Positions 61,167 through 64,000 of a stretch of 64,000 bases of DNA are shown here, piece by piece. A model generated the notes under the pieces. It ran no database searches. It worked only from the letters and a program-made list of their open reading frames with translations, and was not told the DNA's origin. The stretch covers positions 1,152,001-1,216,000 of the forward strand of contig CAWDXG010000004.1 of the NCBI GenBank assembly GCA_963806225.1, read 5' to 3'. The translations under genes were made by a program, and so were the position numbers. The DNA comes from an uncultured delta proteobacterium. Lineage in GTDB: Bacteria; Myxococcota_A; Polyangia; Polyangiales; Polyangiaceae. Position 1 is the stretch's first letter. Each line of letters opens with the position of its first letter.

Positions 61167-62697
61167 CTATGCGGCGCGGGCGACGCCGGGGCTCTCCGCA
61201 GCGCCGTCGATCAGCGTCTCGCCGCTCTCGACCGGGGGGCGGATGGCCTCCGCGTCGCGACGACGGCTGAGCTGCTCCGTCACCACCAGTGTCGACACGT
61301 AGCCATAGCCGAGCATGAAGAGCGCGGCGAACGGCAGCGCGAACCAGTGGCCGGTCTCGAACGCGGCAGCCACGCTGGCTGCGCTGATGAGCGTGAGCCC
61401 GATTTCGGCGAGCGGCAGCTGCGCGGCCTGCTTGTAGCGGCCCGCGGTGATGCCGCGTTTCGGCGTGCGGACGAACTCCCCGGACATCGAGCGCAGGCCC
61501 TCCCAGACCGCGCGGGTCAAGTGCGGAGCGAGCCCGGCCCCGAGCGCGATGAGAGCAGGAAGGCGTCGCATCGCCGCCCAGGGTGAACGCCCCTGCGCGT
61601 GCTCGGCCAGTGCGTAGAAGGTCGCCAGCGAGCCCGTTGCACCGACGCATAGCGGAAGATCGATGATGAGCATCGACTTCACGTCGGTCGCCGGCATCAG
61701 GATCAGCGCGGGCAGCAGCAGCACGCTCAGCAGCATCATGAGCGGGTAGGCGAAGTGCGGCGTGAGGTGGAAGAAGGCCTCGAAGCGCTGGGTGCGCCGA
61801 GAGCTTCGTGCGCATCACGCGGCGAAGCAGCTTGCGCGCCGTCTGCACCGTACCCTTGGCCCACCGGAACTGCTGCGCGCGGAAGGCGGACATGTCCTCG
61901 GGGAGCTCCGCCGGCGTCAGCACGTCGGGACGATAGACAAACCGCCAGCCCGCGAGCTGCGCGCGGTACGACAGATCCAGATCCTCGGTCAGCGTGTCGT
62001 GCTGCCAGCCGCCGGCGTCCCGAATGGCGTCGACCCGCCAGATGCCGCCCGTGCCCGAGAAGTTGAACATGCAGCCCGCGCCGAAGCGCGCCCGGTTTTC
62101 CACCAGATGGTGCCCATCGAGCATCAACGCCTGCACGCTGGTGAGCAGCGAATCGTTGCGGTTGATGTGACCCCAGCGGGTCTGCACCATGCCGATGTCG
62201 CTCTCGCGGAAGTGCCCCACGACCTCGCGCAGGAAGCCGGGCTGGGGGATGAAGTCCGCGTCGAAGATCGCGATCAGGTGACCCTTGGCGCGGCTCAGAC
62301 CGTAGTCGAGCGCGCCCGCCTTGTAGCCCACGCGGTCCGGGCGGCGCACGTAGACCGCGTCGATACCGCGCGCCCGCATCTCCTCGACCTTGGCCGCAGC
62401 GATCTGGCGGGTCTCGTCGCTCGAATCGTCCAGCACCTGGATCTCCAGGCGATCGAGCGGATAGTCGGTGCGCGCGGCAGCATCCAGCAGACGCGCCACG
62501 ACGGTCGCCTCGTTGTACAGCGGGAGCTGGATGGTGACCGACGGCAGCTCGTCCTCGGGGACGACCACGGTGTGCTCCGCCGCCTTCAGCTTCTTGCGGT
62601 GGCGCGTGCACAGCCACACCAGGTGGGCACGGTGGACTCCGTAGCAGCAGAGAACGAGGAGGACGGTGAAGTAGAGCAGAACGAGAAGGGTTTCCAT
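61167..62697 (-). CDS. GT2 glycosyltransferase (cellulose synthase-like, CslA type); frameshift near 61795
   Basis: VTIQLPLYNE, IQVLDDSSD, GYKAGAL, FDADF, VQTRWGH, TLTEDLDLSYR, QQFRWAKG. Confidence 0.92.
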
Positions 62698-62790
62698 GCC
62701 GTATCGATCGGCAAGTAGCACCCGCCCTGGGCCCAATTGTCACCGCAATGTAAATCGTTGCACGACCTTGTAGGATCGGGCTTTCGAGTG

Positions 62791-64000
62791 TCATTTCAGG
62801 GGTTTGTCAGCCCCGAATATGAAGTCGCCACCCAGGCCGAGGAACAGCATCGTGTGCAGGGTCTGGTTCTGGATGGTCTGGTCGCCCGGAGGGGAACCGA
62901 CCAGCACGACGCCGCAGCGGGAGGGGATGTCTACGTTCCGCTTGTCGAACTTCTCCGCCGTCACCATGGCGAACGGGGTGAGCTGCAGGAATGGCGCCAC
63001 CGGAATCACCACTCCTCCACCAATTCGACCGCCGGTTCCGCTCAGTGTCGTCGTCACCGAGCAGTTCGGCAGGTCGTTCAGGGTGGTGTGCTGCGACACC
63101 GAGTCGAAGGTGACGTCCAGCTCGCCGAAGCCGCCAAAACGGCCCGGCGGAGTTCCGATCATCACGCCGAGTCCCCCGCCCTGGTAGTCGGCCTTGCTCG
63201 TCGAGTTCAGCGTGGCTCCCCCGCTGACCAGCTTCTGGTTCGGCGGCTTGAGGCCGCCCGCGAAGAGCGTCAGCACCGGCGTGAAGTAGTGCCAGATGCG
63301 GACGCCTCCGTGCAGCTCTGCGCCGCCTCCGACGCCCGCGAAGTCCGACATCTTGACCCTGTTTCCGGCCGGATCCTGAAAGGCGCTGCCCGCGAAGAAG
63401 GTCGCTCCGCCGCGCACCCCTGCCATGAAGCCGATGAGCGGGGGCTTCTTGGCGGTCGTCGGCGGCGGCGCCTTGCCCTTTTCATCCCCGCCCGCCTTGG
63501 CGGTAGCGCCCGCCGCAGCTCCAGAGGGGCTCGACCCGGCAGGCGCAGCCCCCCCCCCTGCCCCGGGCTCGAGCGTCAGCTTCACCGGCTTCTTCTCGCC
63601 CTGCTGGACTTCGACGGTCGTCTCCGTGGGCTTGAAACCCGGCGCCGTCACCCGGACCGTGTGCTTGCCGGGATCGGCGGGCCGATCGATGCCGACGACG
63701 GCGGACGGCAGATGCTCTCCGTCGATGACCACGTCCATGTCGTTCACGTCGGCCGGCTGGACCTCCACCCGCAGCGCGGGGATCTTCGGCTCCAGTGCGG
63801 AAAGCTCCTTGGCGCCGGAATCCTGGGCGTCCTTGAACGCCTGGGGCGCGTTCGACGAGAGCTTCACCCGGCCCAGCTTGCGATAGGTCTCCGCGCCCTC
63901 GACCAGCTTGCCCAGCTTGACTTGACAGCGAGCGATGTAGAGCAGGTGGACCGGGGCGTCGTACAGCGCCTCGGCCCGTGTCAGCTTGTCCAGCGCGTCC
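62791..64000 (-). CDS. TPR plus PEGA-like domain plus C-terminal beta-barrel protein, 5'-truncated by the window edge
   Basis: RAEALYDAPVHLLYIAR..KLGKLVE (TPR); DPGKHTVRVTAPGF (PEGA); amphipathic beta-strands. Confidence 0.75.
   Translation of the reverse strand, partial: DALDKLTRAEALYDAPVHLLYIARCQVKLGKLVEGAETYRKLGRVKLSSNAPQAFKDAQDSGAKELSALEPKIPALRVEVQPADVNDMDVVIDGEHLPSAVVGIDRPADPGKHTVRVTAPGFKPTETTVEVQQGEKKPVKLTLEPGAGGGAAPAGSSPSGAAAGATAKAGGDEKGKAPPPTTAKKPPLIGFMAGVRGGATFFAGSAFQDPAGNRVKMSDFAGVGGGAELHGGVRIWHYFTPVLTLFAGGLKPPNQKLVSGGATLNSTSKADYQGGGLGVMIGTPPGRFGGFGELDVTFDSVSQHTTLNDLPNCSVTTTLSGTGGRIGGGVVIPVAPFLQLTPFAMVTAEKFDKRNVDIPSRCGVVLVGSPPGDQTIQNQTLHTMLFLGLGGDFIFGADKPLK

Overview
High-GC (about 70%) chromosomal window, most likely from a Myxococcota (Polyangiaceae/Sorangiineae-like) genome. 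The evidence is two MYXO-CTERM proteins, many Cys/Gly-rich lipoproteins, TPR-PEGA proteins, a Hanks-type kinase, an FHA protein, PilY1, and PilC-PilS. Housekeeping and metabolic genes: gcvT-gcvH-gcvPA, argG, aspartate kinase, ssb, ihfA-MerR, mlaC, an ACAD/APH pair and a rubrerythrin/Fe-S oxidoreductase/DUF3501 cluster. I found no rRNA, tRNA, CRISPR array, integrase or transposase. Many genes carry single-base frameshifts, densely so at about 48.2-56.4 kb; these are most likely long-read assembly errors. Best candidates for undescribed biology: (1) a Ser/Thr kinase / TPR-PEGA outer-membrane protein / Cys-repeat lipoprotein trans-envelope module; (2) tandem DUF72 genes, one with an N-terminal QLDLF beta-clamp-like motif, next to the rubrerythrin cluster and an 18-bp perfect palindrome; (3) a recurring leaderless-type TAnnnn-N5-8-start signature; (4) a consensus sigma54 promoter between pilS and mlaC; (5) a two-domain amidase plus NlpC/P60 lipoprotein. 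All family calls come from recognising motifs by eye, not from database searches.
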